Shown: positions 26,260-39,000 of the stretch, one piece after another
Numbering within the stretch: position 1 is the stretch's first letter
How the letters are laid out: each line of letters opens with the position of its first letter
Source of the DNA: a virus
Taxonomy: Duplodnaviria; Heunggongvirae; Uroviricota; Caudoviricetes
Direction: 5' to 3' (one strand)
Virus record (IMG/VR): IMGVR_UViG_3300038345_000251
Coordinates: 160,001-224,000 of that record
DNA length: 64,000 bases
Position numbers and translations under genes: made by a program
The notes under the pieces: generated by a model
What the model saw: only the letters and a program-made list of their open reading frames with translations
Databases searched by the model: none
What the model was told of the DNA's origin: nothing

Positions 26260-28380
26260 ATGGGTGAAATTATACTGACATCAAATAGTGGAACTACCTT
26301 TTTAAGAACAGGTGGTGAAAACAATATTAAAATAAAAAGTAATATTGCTTGGACTTTTTATATATTACCGTTAAACGATGAAAATTTAATTATGACAGAT
26401 GACGGTAAAGAGGTAGTTGGTATTTGCACAGCAATGACAGAAGATGAAGAAATACTATCAACGTTATCAGGCACAGGAACAACTACGGAAAATATTAGTT
26501 GGATTAATGTAATTAATGATTTAGGTGATAAAAATTATGTTGTTGATATAAATGGTCTTTTTGACGGAAAAAACAAGGGTATTACAGGACAAGGTACAAC
26601 GTATTTAACAATTAGAGCAGATGAAAATTATACAGGTAAAGATTTGTTTGCTGTTGGTTTTGCTTCAGGAATTACTGAACCATTATGTGACTTTACTGTG
26701 TTTGAACAATATGGTAAAAATTACTACTTTATGTATTTTGACTATGATGAACAAGTTTCAGGACAAACAATACATACACCAGGCTCATCTTCTTCTACTG
26801 TAACAAATGAAACAATAAGTTTAGGTATAGATAGTAATGTTACAGAGATACCAGTTGAAATGTATACAAATACAAAATGTAAAGTAACAATACATGGTTT
26901 TAGTGGTATTAATAGTGATATAGGCGAAGAATTTGTAATTGGACCAGGTGTTACAAGAACAGGCTATCCTGATGAAGAATTCGTTTTTAAATTTCATGTA
27001 CCCGAAAATAAAACATCAGAAAATGTTGTATATACATTAAGAGCAACATCAGAAGATGACCCAAGATATACTGAAGAATGGTATGTTGTTCATAAAGGAG
27101 TAACACCTGAGATTGTATTATATCCAGAAACACAACAAATAACTTCAAATACAACAGCGTTTACTGTAAATTATCAAATTAAACCACTTACATTGTCAGT
27201 TGATTTAGGTATTTTTAAAGAAGGTGTGTTACTTGAAACAAAACATATTAGTAATTCAAGTAGTGTTAGTCAAGATGGATATTATAGAGGTGCTATTACA
27301 TATGAATGTGGTGAAAACTTAAACAAAGGAAATGGATATACCTTATATGAAATATCTGGAGAAACTGTTGGAAAGACATTTCAAGTACAATCAAATATCG
27401 CACGTATAGAACATTTGTATGAAAGTTGGTACTTTGAATTGATTTATGGTAGTCAACATGGATATAGCGTAGATGTATATAATGTTGATGGTGATTCTGG
27501 TGGTAAGTATGATGTTGCTGTACATACAAATTATAGTTATACAGAATTTAATCTTTCATCAAATGGTAGTTTAATACATGATTGTTCAATAATCCCTGTA
27601 TCAGAAGATTATTTTAATGTACAGTTTAATGTTGAAATAAATAAAGAATCTTCCAGAAGTGGAAGTATTACTGTCAGTAGAAGTGGTGGACCAAGTGGTA
27701 CTATTAATGTTAATCAAAATGGTGGTTCTGAACCACCATCACCAACATATACATTTTATTGGAATTATGATGGTGATGCTTGGAACGGTGATGCTGGTTC
27801 ATTCAGTGATGGCGGTGAAACTAGAAATGTTACATATCACTCTACATATCCTGGTGGGTTAACGTTTAGAAATCTTGGGTATAATTGGATAAGTGGTTCT
27901 GATAGAGGTGGTTATTTTTCGGTAACTGTTAGTGCTAATGATACAGGTGGTGATAGAACAGGTTCATTTGGTGTTCGATATAACGGAACTGATATTGGTT
28001 TTTGTACTGTAAGTCAAGGTAGTCAAACTATTTCTTGGAAATATCAATTTAAGTTTAATTACAGTTGTAATAATATTTTGGAAGTTGGTGATATAGCATA
28101 TATAACATCAGTAACAATTAAAGACAACCAAATTGGTGTATATGCGGTACCAGATACACCGTTACAAATAGACCCAACTCAATATACACCTTATGAATCA
28201 GATGCAGATGTTTACACGACATATGAAGGTGGAACACATGTTTTTGAAATAAAGATACAATGGAATATTAGCGGAGTTCAACAAAGTGACTATATTGATG
28301 AAGTTACTGAGGTATTACCAACAACAGGTGGTAATGTAGAAATAAATTTTGGATGGATAGATTTACCAGTACAATATTAA
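26260..28380 (+). CDS. BACON/Ig-like repeat structural protein
   Basis: KSNIAW, NWISG...SANDTGGDRTG...VSQ, SRSGSITV...INVNQ. Confidence 0.7.
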   Translation: MGEIILTSNSGTTFLRTGGENNIKIKSNIAWTFYILPLNDENLIMTDDGKEVVGICTAMTEDEEILSTLSGTGTTTENISWINVINDLGDKNYVVDINGLFDGKNKGITGQGTTYLTIRADENYTGKDLFAVGFASGITEPLCDFTVFEQYGKNYYFMYFDYDEQVSGQTIHTPGSSSSTVTNETISLGIDSNVTEIPVEMYTNTKCKVTIHGFSGINSDIGEEFVIGPGVTRTGYPDEEFVFKFHVPENKTSENVVYTLRATSEDDPRYTEEWYVVHKGVTPEIVLYPETQQITSNTTAFTVNYQIKPLTLSVDLGIFKEGVLLETKHISNSSSVSQDGYYRGAITYECGENLNKGNGYTLYEISGETVGKTFQVQSNIARIEHLYESWYFELIYGSQHGYSVDVYNVDGDSGGKYDVAVHTNYSYTEFNLSSNGSLIHDCSIIPVSEDYFNVQFNVEINKESSRSGSITVSRSGGPSGTINVNQNGGSEPPSPTYTFYWNYDGDAWNGDAGSFSDGGETRNVTYHSTYPGGLTFRNLGYNWISGSDRGGYFSVTVSANDTGGDRTGSFGVRYNGTDIGFCTVSQGSQTISWKYQFKFNYSCNNILEVGDIAYITSVTIKDNQIGVYAVPDTPLQIDPTQYTPYESDADVYTTYEGGTHVFEIKIQWNISGVQQSDYIDEVTEVLPTTGGNVEINFGWIDLPVQY

Positions 28381-28383
28381 CAG

Positions 28384-31125
28384 ATGCTTATTATGGAACA
28401 GAAGATATTTTTAGAAAAAAATAGAAGTAAGTATTCAGTAAATACTAATAATTATTTAAATCTTGATTTGACTGGTCAATCAAGATTATTACCATTTAAT
28501 GACATTTCAGATACATTAAATCTGAATCAGTTGTATATGGACGAAAGAGATAACAGTAATAAATATCGAATGATTTTTACTGTTAACCCAATTTGTTCAA
28601 ACATATTGTTTAATATGAAAACTGAAGTTATGAAAAAAGAAGGTTCTAATGATTGTACAGTATTGTTTGATAATGAATCTGGTAATACGGAATCTGATTA
28701 TATGATTAATACTAATCCGTTAACTTTAAGACAGGCAATTAAAGATACTGAGTATACACACCCAGATTTGTTTAATGATGGTGTTCCATATGTATATCAT
28801 TGTGGTGTTGATATATTTAATAATCATATGCTTAGAAATAATGATTTTATTTATGTTAATAGAACAACAAGTGATGGTTCAGATGTATTTAATACAATTG
28901 AAGACCTTGTTCGTACTGTTTCAGGAAATCAAGTAAAGAATGTGCAGGAAGATGTTACACCTGGTTATGCAACACAAACAAAGAAAGACATACATATGTA
29001 TCAATATGATACAATATTATCTATGTATAATGCTTTTATTGAAAGATTAAAAGAAAAAGATGGGTGGTATGGTTTCAATAATTCAACAAATATTGCAATA
29101 CCAAATGTTATAATTGGTAGTGGTGATGATGAAAAGGAAGTTTCAATAAATAAAGTAATGAATAATAATAAGGCTTGTGAATTTATTGATATGTATCCAG
29201 ACCGTTCATTATATTCATTTATTCCGAAGGTAAATAAGTATAAAAGACGTATCGAAAAGAATTGGGATTACTGTATAACTTATCCTTATGCCAAAGATAT
29301 TGAAAAGTTAAACGAAATTTGTGGAACTAACGAAGTGGAAGGTAATTGTGTGCTCAAAATAGTTGAAGCAAAACGTACTTATAGTAGTAGCGCAAATAAT
29401 ATTGTAAGAATGAAAACATTATTTAGACATAATTTTCAAATTGGTGATTATATTAAATTATATTATAAAGATGGTGAAGATTTAACATTATTTAATAAGA
29501 GAATCAGAATTGTCAATGTTGGAGATTATGAAGGAAATGAAAAAAATAGATATTTTACCATTGCTTTTAGTGATATTAGCAGTAGGTTTACTATTGATGA
29601 AACAGATAGTGACAATAAAGATTTAATTATTGATGGAAATAATAATATTGTACAATTTTATTATAAAAAAGATGTTAATGGTATAGAATGTCAGTATTAT
29701 TTTAGAAAATTTAAAGCAATCACTAAAGAAGATTCACAATGGCTTGATAGTGATGTAAATAAACTTGCTTATGGTGAGAATATTTATGGTGATAGAGTAG
29801 CACAAGTTGTGTTTACTGATGATATTGATATTGAAGGATTGGTTGACCATAGAGGAAGACCTTTAACAGAAGTATTCTTTACCGTTGTTAAACGTAATGC
29901 AGGACATACTGAATGGTATGAAAATAATATTTTTAGAGAATCTGACTTATCAGAAGAAGAACGGAACAATGGAAAAACAATAGAATTTTCACATTGTTTT
30001 GGTAAGGTGACTACTGGTATTGATTTACCAATGGATGAAACTAAATTTAATGTGAGAAAAATTCATAATGTGAATGTTGATAGTGTTGAAGATAATACAT
30101 TGATATTTAATGATGATTTAAAAGATGCTTATAATGCTTTTATTGAAGACGATATAACGATTGATAGTTATAAAGAAGGTGTTATTGCTGATATTGTAGA
30201 ATATAATCCATATACAGATGTTGAAACAGTATTAGATGTTGTTCAGCATAGATTTAATACAGCGCAAAGAGAAACATTAAATCAAAAATATTCTGATATT
30301 TGGTATGATGATTTAGTTTCAGATGATTATGATTTTAAATATAAAGGCCTTGATTCAGATAAACAAGGTAATGGAGATTTAAATGGTTTTATTGTTTCTT
30401 CATATATTATAAATAATAGTGTTATGATAGACGAACAAGATACCATATTAGAGAAAAAGAATCATGGTAATGTTAATCCTGAAGGATATTTTTATAACCC
30501 ATATTCAAGGATTTTACTTAAAGAATTAGGAAATGATATTGAAAAGGTGAAAGGTACTGTCATATCATTTAATTATAATAATGTTGGTAGTGGTACAATT
30601 ACTTTAAATGGTGGAGAAACTTTTAATAGTGTTACATTTGAAACAATTATACCAAGTAAATTAATAAAAAATGATGTATTAGGAATTTATAATAATGAAA
30701 CTAAAGTACTTAAGTGGGGAATTGTTTATAATGTAGAAGATAATTTGGTTACATTGTTGGTAGAAGATGAAATTAATCTTGATGAAACATACTCTATTAT
30801 ATCAACGTCTGATGGTGTACCTGCTTATGCAACATATTTACCAACGTCACATAGTTTCGTTTGGAGACCAACACTTAAAATGTCTGAATTAGAAAATAAT
30901 AGTGTTATTTTAAATATGCCATTTTCTAATGGTAGACATTACATACATCAAAATATAACATTTTATTTAAGAAGACAAGACCCTAATGGTGAGTTTGGAT
31001 TGTTTGCTTTTGATAAAAATGCACAATATAAGAGTAGATTGAGTAGTTATAGAATTCCTGGTTGGGAACATATAGACTTATCAATTGATAGATATAATAA
31101 TGGTATTGGAGCAATTTGTTATTAA
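28384..31125 (+). CDS. Putative baseplate/tail structural protein
   Basis: 913-aa ORF tightly packed in the structural operon; no specific family recognised. Confidence 0.6.
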   Translation: MLIMEQKIFLEKNRSKYSVNTNNYLNLDLTGQSRLLPFNDISDTLNLNQLYMDERDNSNKYRMIFTVNPICSNILFNMKTEVMKKEGSNDCTVLFDNESGNTESDYMINTNPLTLRQAIKDTEYTHPDLFNDGVPYVYHCGVDIFNNHMLRNNDFIYVNRTTSDGSDVFNTIEDLVRTVSGNQVKNVQEDVTPGYATQTKKDIHMYQYDTILSMYNAFIERLKEKDGWYGFNNSTNIAIPNVIIGSGDDEKEVSINKVMNNNKACEFIDMYPDRSLYSFIPKVNKYKRRIEKNWDYCITYPYAKDIEKLNEICGTNEVEGNCVLKIVEAKRTYSSSANNIVRMKTLFRHNFQIGDYIKLYYKDGEDLTLFNKRIRIVNVGDYEGNEKNRYFTIAFSDISSRFTIDETDSDNKDLIIDGNNNIVQFYYKKDVNGIECQYYFRKFKAITKEDSQWLDSDVNKLAYGENIYGDRVAQVVFTDDIDIEGLVDHRGRPLTEVFFTVVKRNAGHTEWYENNIFRESDLSEEERNNGKTIEFSHCFGKVTTGIDLPMDETKFNVRKIHNVNVDSVEDNTLIFNDDLKDAYNAFIEDDITIDSYKEGVIADIVEYNPYTDVETVLDVVQHRFNTAQRETLNQKYSDIWYDDLVSDDYDFKYKGLDSDKQGNGDLNGFIVSSYIINNSVMIDEQDTILEKKNHGNVNPEGYFYNPYSRILLKELGNDIEKVKGTVISFNYNNVGSGTITLNGGETFNSVTFETIIPSKLIKNDVLGIYNNETKVLKWGIVYNVEDNLVTLLVEDEINLDETYSIISTSDGVPAYATYLPTSHSFVWRPTLKMSELENNSVILNMPFSNGRHYIHQNITFYLRRQDPNGEFGLFAFDKNAQYKSRLSSYRIPGWEHIDLSIDRYNNGIGAICY

Positions 31126-31129
31126 AATT

Positions 31130-33016
31130 ATGGATAAAGTAAAAATTTGTTTAACAACACAAAAATATGAAGATACTTCATTGGAAATTGAAAGTATGAT
31201 AGAAAAAGATGGAATCTTAACTATTATGCTTAAAAATTATCATGCTGATATAAATGAAAATACAATTGTTTCATTTATACGTTGTGCATTATATGAAGAT
31301 GAAACCGTCCCAACATTAATAAAAAGATATGATGCTAATGTTTTGTCTGTACGTACTGATTTTATTGATGAAACTTTGAAAAAAACAATCATTACAATTC
31401 AAGCACCAAGTAATTATAGATTAAATGTTTCTGCTGTAACTGAAATAGGTGATTTATATCAAATTGATTTGGTTGATAATCATTATCTTTTTCCACAAGA
31501 CATATTATCACTTGATAGTGGTATGAGTTTTTATTATAGGGATGTAAATACAGGTGTTGAAGAAGAAATTTTTAAACTTGGGAACATTAGTTTTTATGAT
31601 TATGATAAAGTAATAGGACACATTATAGAACCAAAACACGCATTGTTTAATATGAGTATGGTCAATACCTTTAATCAATGTGACCCAAAAGATTATATAT
31701 ATGAATTAACACCAAATTATTATTATATTGACAATTCTGTTGAACGAAAAACGTTTTATACTAATTCATTATTAGTTGATTCAGTAAAGTTATTTAATGA
31801 AGTATTTGCACCGTATAATTTATATTATTATAAAGATGATGAAGGTAATTGTCATTTATGGGAAGATTTTGATAAATACGATGAAATAGGTAATTCAATA
31901 TCAGACATTAGTGGTACTTCAGTAGAATATCTTTCAGGAACAAAAGAATATGTTTATAGTTTTGCTGATTTCGTTAAAGATGATAGTAGTTTAAAAATCA
32001 GTTTTGGGTTTGCACAAAACGTAGATTATAAACATCTTTATCAAGAGAATCTTTTAACTAGTGTATTTGCACAAAAAGTTAAGGAAGCGGTTGTTGATGG
32101 TGCACCTGTCATTGATATGGAAAAGGTTAAATTTGCACCATATTATGAATCAGGCGATACAGAAGTATCAGCATTAACAGCATCAGCATTAACATTTAAT
32201 TTACATTTTAGATGTAGAGAAGATTTAGAAGAATCTTGGAGATATACATCTAGTGATACGCCTATTTGGAACACAATTGACAATTATCCTAATATTACAG
32301 CAAACAATGAAGAAGTTGGTAAATCAGATATGTTGTATTATTTAGGTTTTACTGATAGTGATGTACAGAATCAAAAGGCTAAAATAAGAAAGTCATTTTT
32401 AAGATTATCATTTTATGATAGTAAAGACCCTTTGACACAAAAATTGTTATATTATTCAACTATTTTTATGGATTCTAGTGAATTGTTTGGTAAATATGTG
32501 AAAGCAAGAGAAGAACTTAGAAAAGCAGGTGAATCTACAAATAACATTGTTCTCGTCTCAAAAGATTCAGAGAAAAATAGACTTGATTGTAGGTTTACTG
32601 TTCGTGATGAATATTATACTGAAAAATGTAGTGAAGGATTCAATATTTACTACTTTCCAAGTGATGTAATAAATAGTAGTATTATTTATGATGAAAATAC
32701 TGTAGAAAACTCGGCAAAAACTATTTATATGAAAGTAGAGTTTAACCATGCTGGCTTTGGTAGAACAATACCATTTATTGCATGTAAAATGGAACAAAAT
32801 AAGTTTTCTTTAGAAGAATATAGGGATAACCTTTACATTGAACTTAAACTTAAGTATCTTAAAAAAGGTGATGAATATAAATATACTTATTTTGTAACAG
32901 ACAAAAATAAAACAATTGATATAGATGAAAAAAACGCAACAATAACATTTAATTTGTTTGAACCAAAATTAATTACATCAGAAGAATTTGAAGATAAGAT
33001 AAATGGAAATTATTAG
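31130..33016 (+). CDS. Putative baseplate/tail structural protein
   Basis: ATG at 31130 lies 4 nt after the previous stop; structural operon context. Confidence 0.6.
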   Translation: MDKVKICLTTQKYEDTSLEIESMIEKDGILTIMLKNYHADINENTIVSFIRCALYEDETVPTLIKRYDANVLSVRTDFIDETLKKTIITIQAPSNYRLNVSAVTEIGDLYQIDLVDNHYLFPQDILSLDSGMSFYYRDVNTGVEEEIFKLGNISFYDYDKVIGHIIEPKHALFNMSMVNTFNQCDPKDYIYELTPNYYYIDNSVERKTFYTNSLLVDSVKLFNEVFAPYNLYYYKDDEGNCHLWEDFDKYDEIGNSISDISGTSVEYLSGTKEYVYSFADFVKDDSSLKISFGFAQNVDYKHLYQENLLTSVFAQKVKEAVVDGAPVIDMEKVKFAPYYESGDTEVSALTASALTFNLHFRCREDLEESWRYTSSDTPIWNTIDNYPNITANNEEVGKSDMLYYLGFTDSDVQNQKAKIRKSFLRLSFYDSKDPLTQKLLYYSTIFMDSSELFGKYVKAREELRKAGESTNNIVLVSKDSEKNRLDCRFTVRDEYYTEKCSEGFNIYYFPSDVINSSIIYDENTVENSAKTIYMKVEFNHAGFGRTIPFIACKMEQNKFSLEEYRDNLYIELKLKYLKKGDEYKYTYFVTDKNKTIDIDEKNATITFNLFEPKLITSEEFEDKINGNY

Positions 33017-35114
33017 AAAAACAATATGTTTGGAAAAAAGTAAGTCACGTGTTAATAGTGGTTTACCATACATTGAATGTAATGGAAGCGGAGAAATATT
33101 AACTTGTGATACTGTAACTATTGTTAATAGGGAACATGATGTTATTGTTGAAAAAGAATATCATACAAACAATTTTGGTAATTTTCAGTGTGATATAGAT
33201 ATAACTAATCCATTGTTTAATGACATTATAAGTGCAACAACAACTTTACAAGTACCAGGCGAAGATTATATCAGAACAACAAATTTATTTAAACGTTATA
33301 ATGAACTTTTAGAAACTTTAAGAACTTCTTTACATTTGAAGCATATAAAAAATGAAGGTTGTGAAGATACAGGTACACATTCAGATACATATTTAACTGA
33401 TTTCAAATATAGTGGTACAAATGGTGATACTACATATTATTTTTTAAGAGAGGCTGAAGTTGTTCCTATGTTTGATGAAGAGGGAAACGAAAATTTTGTT
33501 AATTTAGGTAATGGTTTATATGAAGGGTATTATGAAAATGATTATGATTATGTAATTGTTATTAATGATTATGATAGTTTTCAAGAAGATGGTGGTAAAG
33601 AATTAATATTACTTGTTGATAGTTTTCTTGTTAATCCAGATACAGGAACAAGTATATCAAATACTGATGGTTTTATTGCACCATATGTTTCAATACCATT
33701 ATTATTAACACAAAATAAAGATAGTTTAGGTATAATGACACCATATGTTGATGAATATAATGAGTTTATTTATAGTGGGACAGTTTCTTATGATGTGGCA
33801 ATGAAATATAATCATGATATTGATAATAATGCAAGCATTTATGATAATGTTGATGAATGTGTTAGTGATTGTTCAAAAGAAGAAAGATGTTGGGTGTTAC
33901 AACCGACATCAATAGAAGAACTTAGTGGCATTACAGAAGATATTACTGTTGAATCAAGGTTAACATCTTTAAGAGTTCAAAAATACTTTAAATCAGATGA
34001 TGATGAACTATTACCTGGTTTATTTGTTGATTTCCCACATAATGGTGTTGGGCCGTTTTTCCTATGTACATATCATACAAGTGTTGATAATCCAGAACAT
34101 CCAGAAAATAGAATAAAGGGTAAACATTATTATACAAAAGTTGATATTAGTGAAGAAACATATGAAAAGGGTAGTTTAGTTAAAACTGAAGTAATAAAAC
34201 CATATGAAGAAGAAGCTCATTATGCTATTATTGAATATGTACCTTACGGTGATGAACAGTTAGGTGATGAACATCTTGAAACTGTTGATGGTGTTGAATA
34301 TGTGGTAGTAGATTTTGAACAAGATTTTCAATGGTGGGAAATAGATAACATTGAGGAAACAGAGTGGAATAATTTGAAATGTGCTGATGGAGAACCAATT
34401 AAATGGGGTTCAAATGATAAATATCAAACGTTAACAGTTTTTAATAGTTTACTCTATTATACAGTTAATTCATATAATTTACATGACAGAAGTTTTTATC
34501 ATTTCTTAGTTAAATATGATAATTCAGAAAATTCTCCAATGGTAGTTCCTTATATTGTTGGTGAAGTTGTAAACAAGAGTTTTAATGAATTTGATAGTGC
34601 GTATACAGGTGATTACGTAATTAGTATGGAAGAAAATGATGATGAAATCACATTTGAATATGTGGTTGGTGCTCATTTTGACAGTGGTTATACGACACCT
34701 GTTAGTGATACAGGAATATATTATAAAGAAACATACCCATATTATACATCTATTTCTGCAACAACAACATTAGATAAAGTAAAAGATACTATTTATTGGT
34801 ATAATGAAATAGATTTTAATAGTGAAAGTAAAGTTGTATATAGCGAAGACTTGAATTTAACAAGAACAGCTGTAACAACAACTGTTGGCTCAATACAATT
34901 AGGTGATGTGTGGAAGTGTGAGGATGGTAGTGTTATAAACACACCGTTGATTAAAGAAGAATATTTAATGTCAGCATCAATGGATGCTGTAACAGATATT
35001 GATGTGGCAATTGATAGAGGAAACGCAACAGCGTTTGAAAGACATTTAATTCTTTCAGAATGTAATACGTTTGAAGATATAGAAAACTATAGAAATAATT
35101 TTTATAATTTATAA
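33003..35114 (+). CDS. Putative acidic structural protein
   Basis: 703-aa ORF overlapping the previous stop; C-terminal IDRGNATAFERHLILSEC..F.D...Y. Confidence 0.6.
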   Translation: MEIIRKTICLEKSKSRVNSGLPYIECNGSGEILTCDTVTIVNREHDVIVEKEYHTNNFGNFQCDIDITNPLFNDIISATTTLQVPGEDYIRTTNLFKRYNELLETLRTSLHLKHIKNEGCEDTGTHSDTYLTDFKYSGTNGDTTYYFLREAEVVPMFDEEGNENFVNLGNGLYEGYYENDYDYVIVINDYDSFQEDGGKELILLVDSFLVNPDTGTSISNTDGFIAPYVSIPLLLTQNKDSLGIMTPYVDEYNEFIYSGTVSYDVAMKYNHDIDNNASIYDNVDECVSDCSKEERCWVLQPTSIEELSGITEDITVESRLTSLRVQKYFKSDDDELLPGLFVDFPHNGVGPFFLCTYHTSVDNPEHPENRIKGKHYYTKVDISEETYEKGSLVKTEVIKPYEEEAHYAIIEYVPYGDEQLGDEHLETVDGVEYVVVDFEQDFQWWEIDNIEETEWNNLKCADGEPIKWGSNDKYQTLTVFNSLLYYTVNSYNLHDRSFYHFLVKYDNSENSPMVVPYIVGEVVNKSFNEFDSAYTGDYVISMEENDDEITFEYVVGAHFDSGYTTPVSDTGIYYKETYPYYTSISATTTLDKVKDTIYWYNEIDFNSESKVVYSEDLNLTRTAVTTTVGSIQLGDVWKCEDGSVINTPLIKEEYLMSASMDAVTDIDVAIDRGNATAFERHLILSECNTFEDIENYRNNFYNL

Positions 35115-35124
35115 ATAACTAATT

Positions 35125-36009
35125 ATGAGTGGGTTATACGGAACAATACGACCAAGTAACATTGATATAAATATAGATGTTGAAATGTTTTATCATTATA
35201 GACCAACAAGAGGTAGTGATGATGAGGATTTTTATAGTGGTTTTAAAAAACTTGATAATGTTAATTTAGTTAAGGCTAAATTAGGAGAAGGTGAAAAAAG
35301 TGGTACGGATATTTTAGGTTTATTTGAACTTAGATTACCTTTAGACAAGTTTAGTAGAAAAGGTTTTTATACTGTTTATATTAGACCAAAAGAAAACAAT
35401 GTAAGGATTACAGATGTTAGTGTTTTAGCAGCATTTCCTGATGTAAAGGGTGTTGTTTTTAATTTAACTGATTTTTCTGGTTTAACAGATTTAACTGGAT
35501 ATAGAATTGATTATTATGATGCTAATAATAACAGAACAGATGTAAGTACAATTATAACATCTTGTAATAGATGTGAACCTGTTTTGGTTACTGTATCAGA
35601 TAGTTATCCTAAAGCAACACGTTACAGACTTACAGATACTGCATCAAATCTTGTTTTCTGTACAGTAACACCATCAACAGCAAGTAGTTTTAAACCAGAT
35701 GTTACACCTTTTATTGGTACACCTGGTGGTGAAGTTGTTGTTTCAAATACAAAGTTTGACCCTAAAGTAATTGAAATTGAAATGGTTGAACATGATGCAG
35801 ATACTCTTACATATATGGTTGAAGGAGACCAAGTGAGAAATCGTGATAATGCTATTATTACAACATTTAATGAAGACCATGAAATTTATAAACAACAGGA
35901 TTACTATACAGTAAAAGATGAACTTGGTAAAGCACATGTTGATGTTAAGAGAAACAGAGAATATATTGACCCAACACAAAGTTATGATAATACAATAGAT
36001 AATGTTTAA
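35125..36009 (+). CDS. Putative baseplate protein
   Basis: 294-aa ORF in the structural operon just before the gp7/gpI-like gene. Confidence 0.6.
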   Translation: MSGLYGTIRPSNIDINIDVEMFYHYRPTRGSDDEDFYSGFKKLDNVNLVKAKLGEGEKSGTDILGLFELRLPLDKFSRKGFYTVYIRPKENNVRITDVSVLAAFPDVKGVVFNLTDFSGLTDLTGYRIDYYDANNNRTDVSTIITSCNRCEPVLVTVSDSYPKATRYRLTDTASNLVFCTVTPSTASSFKPDVTPFIGTPGGEVVVSNTKFDPKVIEIEMVEHDADTLTYMVEGDQVRNRDNAIITTFNEDHEIYKQQDYYTVKDELGKAHVDVKRNREYIDPTQSYDNTIDNV

Positions 36010-36011
36010 TT

Positions 36012-39000
36012 ATGGCAAAATATAAAGTAAAATCAGATTATATTGCACTTAATAAGGCTAAACAAAAAACAGCTAAAGGTGAGATTTTCGAAAGGGATAT
36101 TATGACAATAAATCCCTTAGAAGATTTATTTACACCTGGTCAGGATGTCATACATTCTGATTCAAATTTTAAATTTAGTGTTAGAACTGACCAAGATAAA
36201 TCAAAGAAACATACTAAAAACAGTTGGTTGTTAAACCCTGATGATGAAGAGGTATGGACACTTAGTGATGTTGATAGTTCACCTGTTTCTGATGAAACAG
36301 AAGTTAGAATTAAGCCTGATTATAGTTCATTAAGAGATTTTGCTTATTATGGTTCTGCTGTTGAAATGATTAGAGCAACAGTAAATCATGTGATTAAATA
36401 TTTCCCTGCTGAATTGTATTTTACTGGAGAAAAATTTGAAGAATTTGAAGGTGAAGGAGATTATTATCTTGTATCTAATCAGTTTGATATTGTTGTAGAT
36501 GTTGATTATATTGATGAAACTAAAGTTGACAATCCATACAGATTTCTTTGTTTACATGCTGGTAATTATGATGTTTACAAAGATGGAAAGTATCAAATGA
36601 GTGGTACAACTAAAGGTAATTTTTCAGAAAATAAAGAATATGTTTGTGGAAATGGTATACTTGGAACTGTAACAATTACAGGTGGTACAGGTGGAAAAGT
36701 GTTTTCACTTACACAATATATGTACGAAGGTAAAAAATATCTTTTATATACAGATACAAGTTATAATGGATATAGTATTAGACCTTGTGATATTATTGTT
36801 AATGAATATTTTGGAACAATAGATGAGTTTGAATTTATTTTATTAAATAGAAAAACAAAACCATTGTATAAAGCAGTGTTTGAAACACCTTTTGAAACAG
36901 ATGAAGGTAATAAATATACAATGGAATCATATATATGGCCAAGTATTAATGATTGGAATCCATTGATTGATGGTATATCATATGAATCATATATTAACGC
37001 TTTGGTTAATTTAGCAATTTTCCACGATGAATATGATTCTAATATTATATGGAGAATGCTCACCCATGAAGCAATTAAAAACTTGGATTGGACATTCTTA
37101 AGAAAAAATGAAGATACGGTTGAAGACCTTTCACAAATTGATTCATCAAAAATTGAAGCATTTATTCAGTTATATGGTAGACAGTTTGATGGTTTAAAAC
37201 GATATATTGACACAATTAAATCAGTTAACAATGTTTCTTATGATGAGAAAAATAATTTACCTAATTATATGTTAACCGATGTTGTTGAATTAGGTGGTTT
37301 TGATGCTGTGTTACCAATAGCAATAGGTAAAACAGATGTTATGTCTGAACCATTATATAGTGCAAGAACAGAAGGATATTCGGAAGTTGATGCTAATAAT
37401 TATTACATGAGAGTTTTAAAAATTAATGAACATTATCTTAATTCTATTAAAGGAACACGTTTTGGTGTTGAGACAATTTTAAGGCTTCTTGGTATTAAAC
37501 AAAATGAATATCAAATAAATGAATATGTTGCAGTGGCAAGTGGTGCAACTAAATGTGAATTCAGTGATGAATTATCATTGGGTGATGCTTTTTATCCAAG
37601 AGCCACAAACTCAAAATATCCATCAGCAAAAGACGTTATTTCAATTAATTTAAACAAAAGTGAAGCAACAATTGAAGAATATGATACATATTTTGATGGA
37701 ATTGCAGTAAAAGCATTTAAAAGTATGTCTGAATCAGCAGTAACAGATTATAATCCGTTAGGGGAATATTATTATGCAATTCCTTGGTATGAGAACGGAA
37801 AACACTACGATGGTGATTGGTATTTTCAATCAAAAGGTGGATGGGGAAAAACAGACAAAAAGAAAATAGAAAATAAAATATATCCAAGATTTGAAGTATA
37901 TGATAGACAGACGTTAGAAAGTATTGGAAATGTTTGTTATAACACACGTGATGAAGCATTAGAACATGTAACAGATGAAAGCACACAGAGTGTTCGTGAA
38001 TGTAAAGTTGTTATTGACGGTGTTCCATTTATTTACGATGAATCAGAATCATATCTCAAATTTGCAGAAAGTGTACAAGAATTAAAAGGATTTTTTAAAT
38101 CTGAAGTTTATACTGATATGATATGTTATGTTACTGATATAACTGATGTTGAAGAAACAGCAGATACTTCACATTATTTTGTCTTAATGAATGATGATAA
38201 TATTGGCGTGATTGGTGATGAAGGATGGAAAAATATACCGATTTCTGAAATTAGAGAAGGAACAACTGATTTAGCAAAGAAAGTTCTTTATCTTGAAAAT
38301 ATTGTTGAAACAACCGAAGGTAATAATCCGCACATTAGTAATGGTTTTTATGATGATGGTATTGATTATCTTGAACATATGAATCAGATATTTAAATATC
38401 AACTTGAACAGGGTGATGAAGGACTTGTTAGATTTTCAGATACAGATAAAAAGAAAATATCAGATTGTTATATTTTTGGAATCAGTAATAAATATGAAGA
38501 TTTAATAAGGGATAATAGAAAATGTGACTATTATTATAATCCATTAATAGTACCAAGTAGTGCAATTACTTTATGTTCAGGTACTACATCTGGAAGTTCT
38601 GTAGTAAATGAACAACAAAAGATAAAACAAGGGTTAATTTCAGATGTTTATAGTGCTGATACAACGGACGTTAAAATATATGATAACATTTCTGGAGAAA
38701 CAGATAATAGTTATTATTCAGGTATAACATATGCGATAAATCCTGAAAAATCTAGTGGTGGAGAAAATGATGAACCAGCAGCAAATTCTGTTATTAATGT
38801 TAAGAACGTTGAAATTAAGTTTATAAATAAACCTAAAATTAAAAAGAAGGATGGAACATTTGTTAATACAGATTCTTTGAGCGATTATTGGCAAACATAT
38901 ATTACTGATGTTGTTATGAACTATGTGAAACAAATGTTACCATCAACAACAATCTTTAAATGGTGGTTTACTGATAAATTAGGTATTAATGATGCACCAG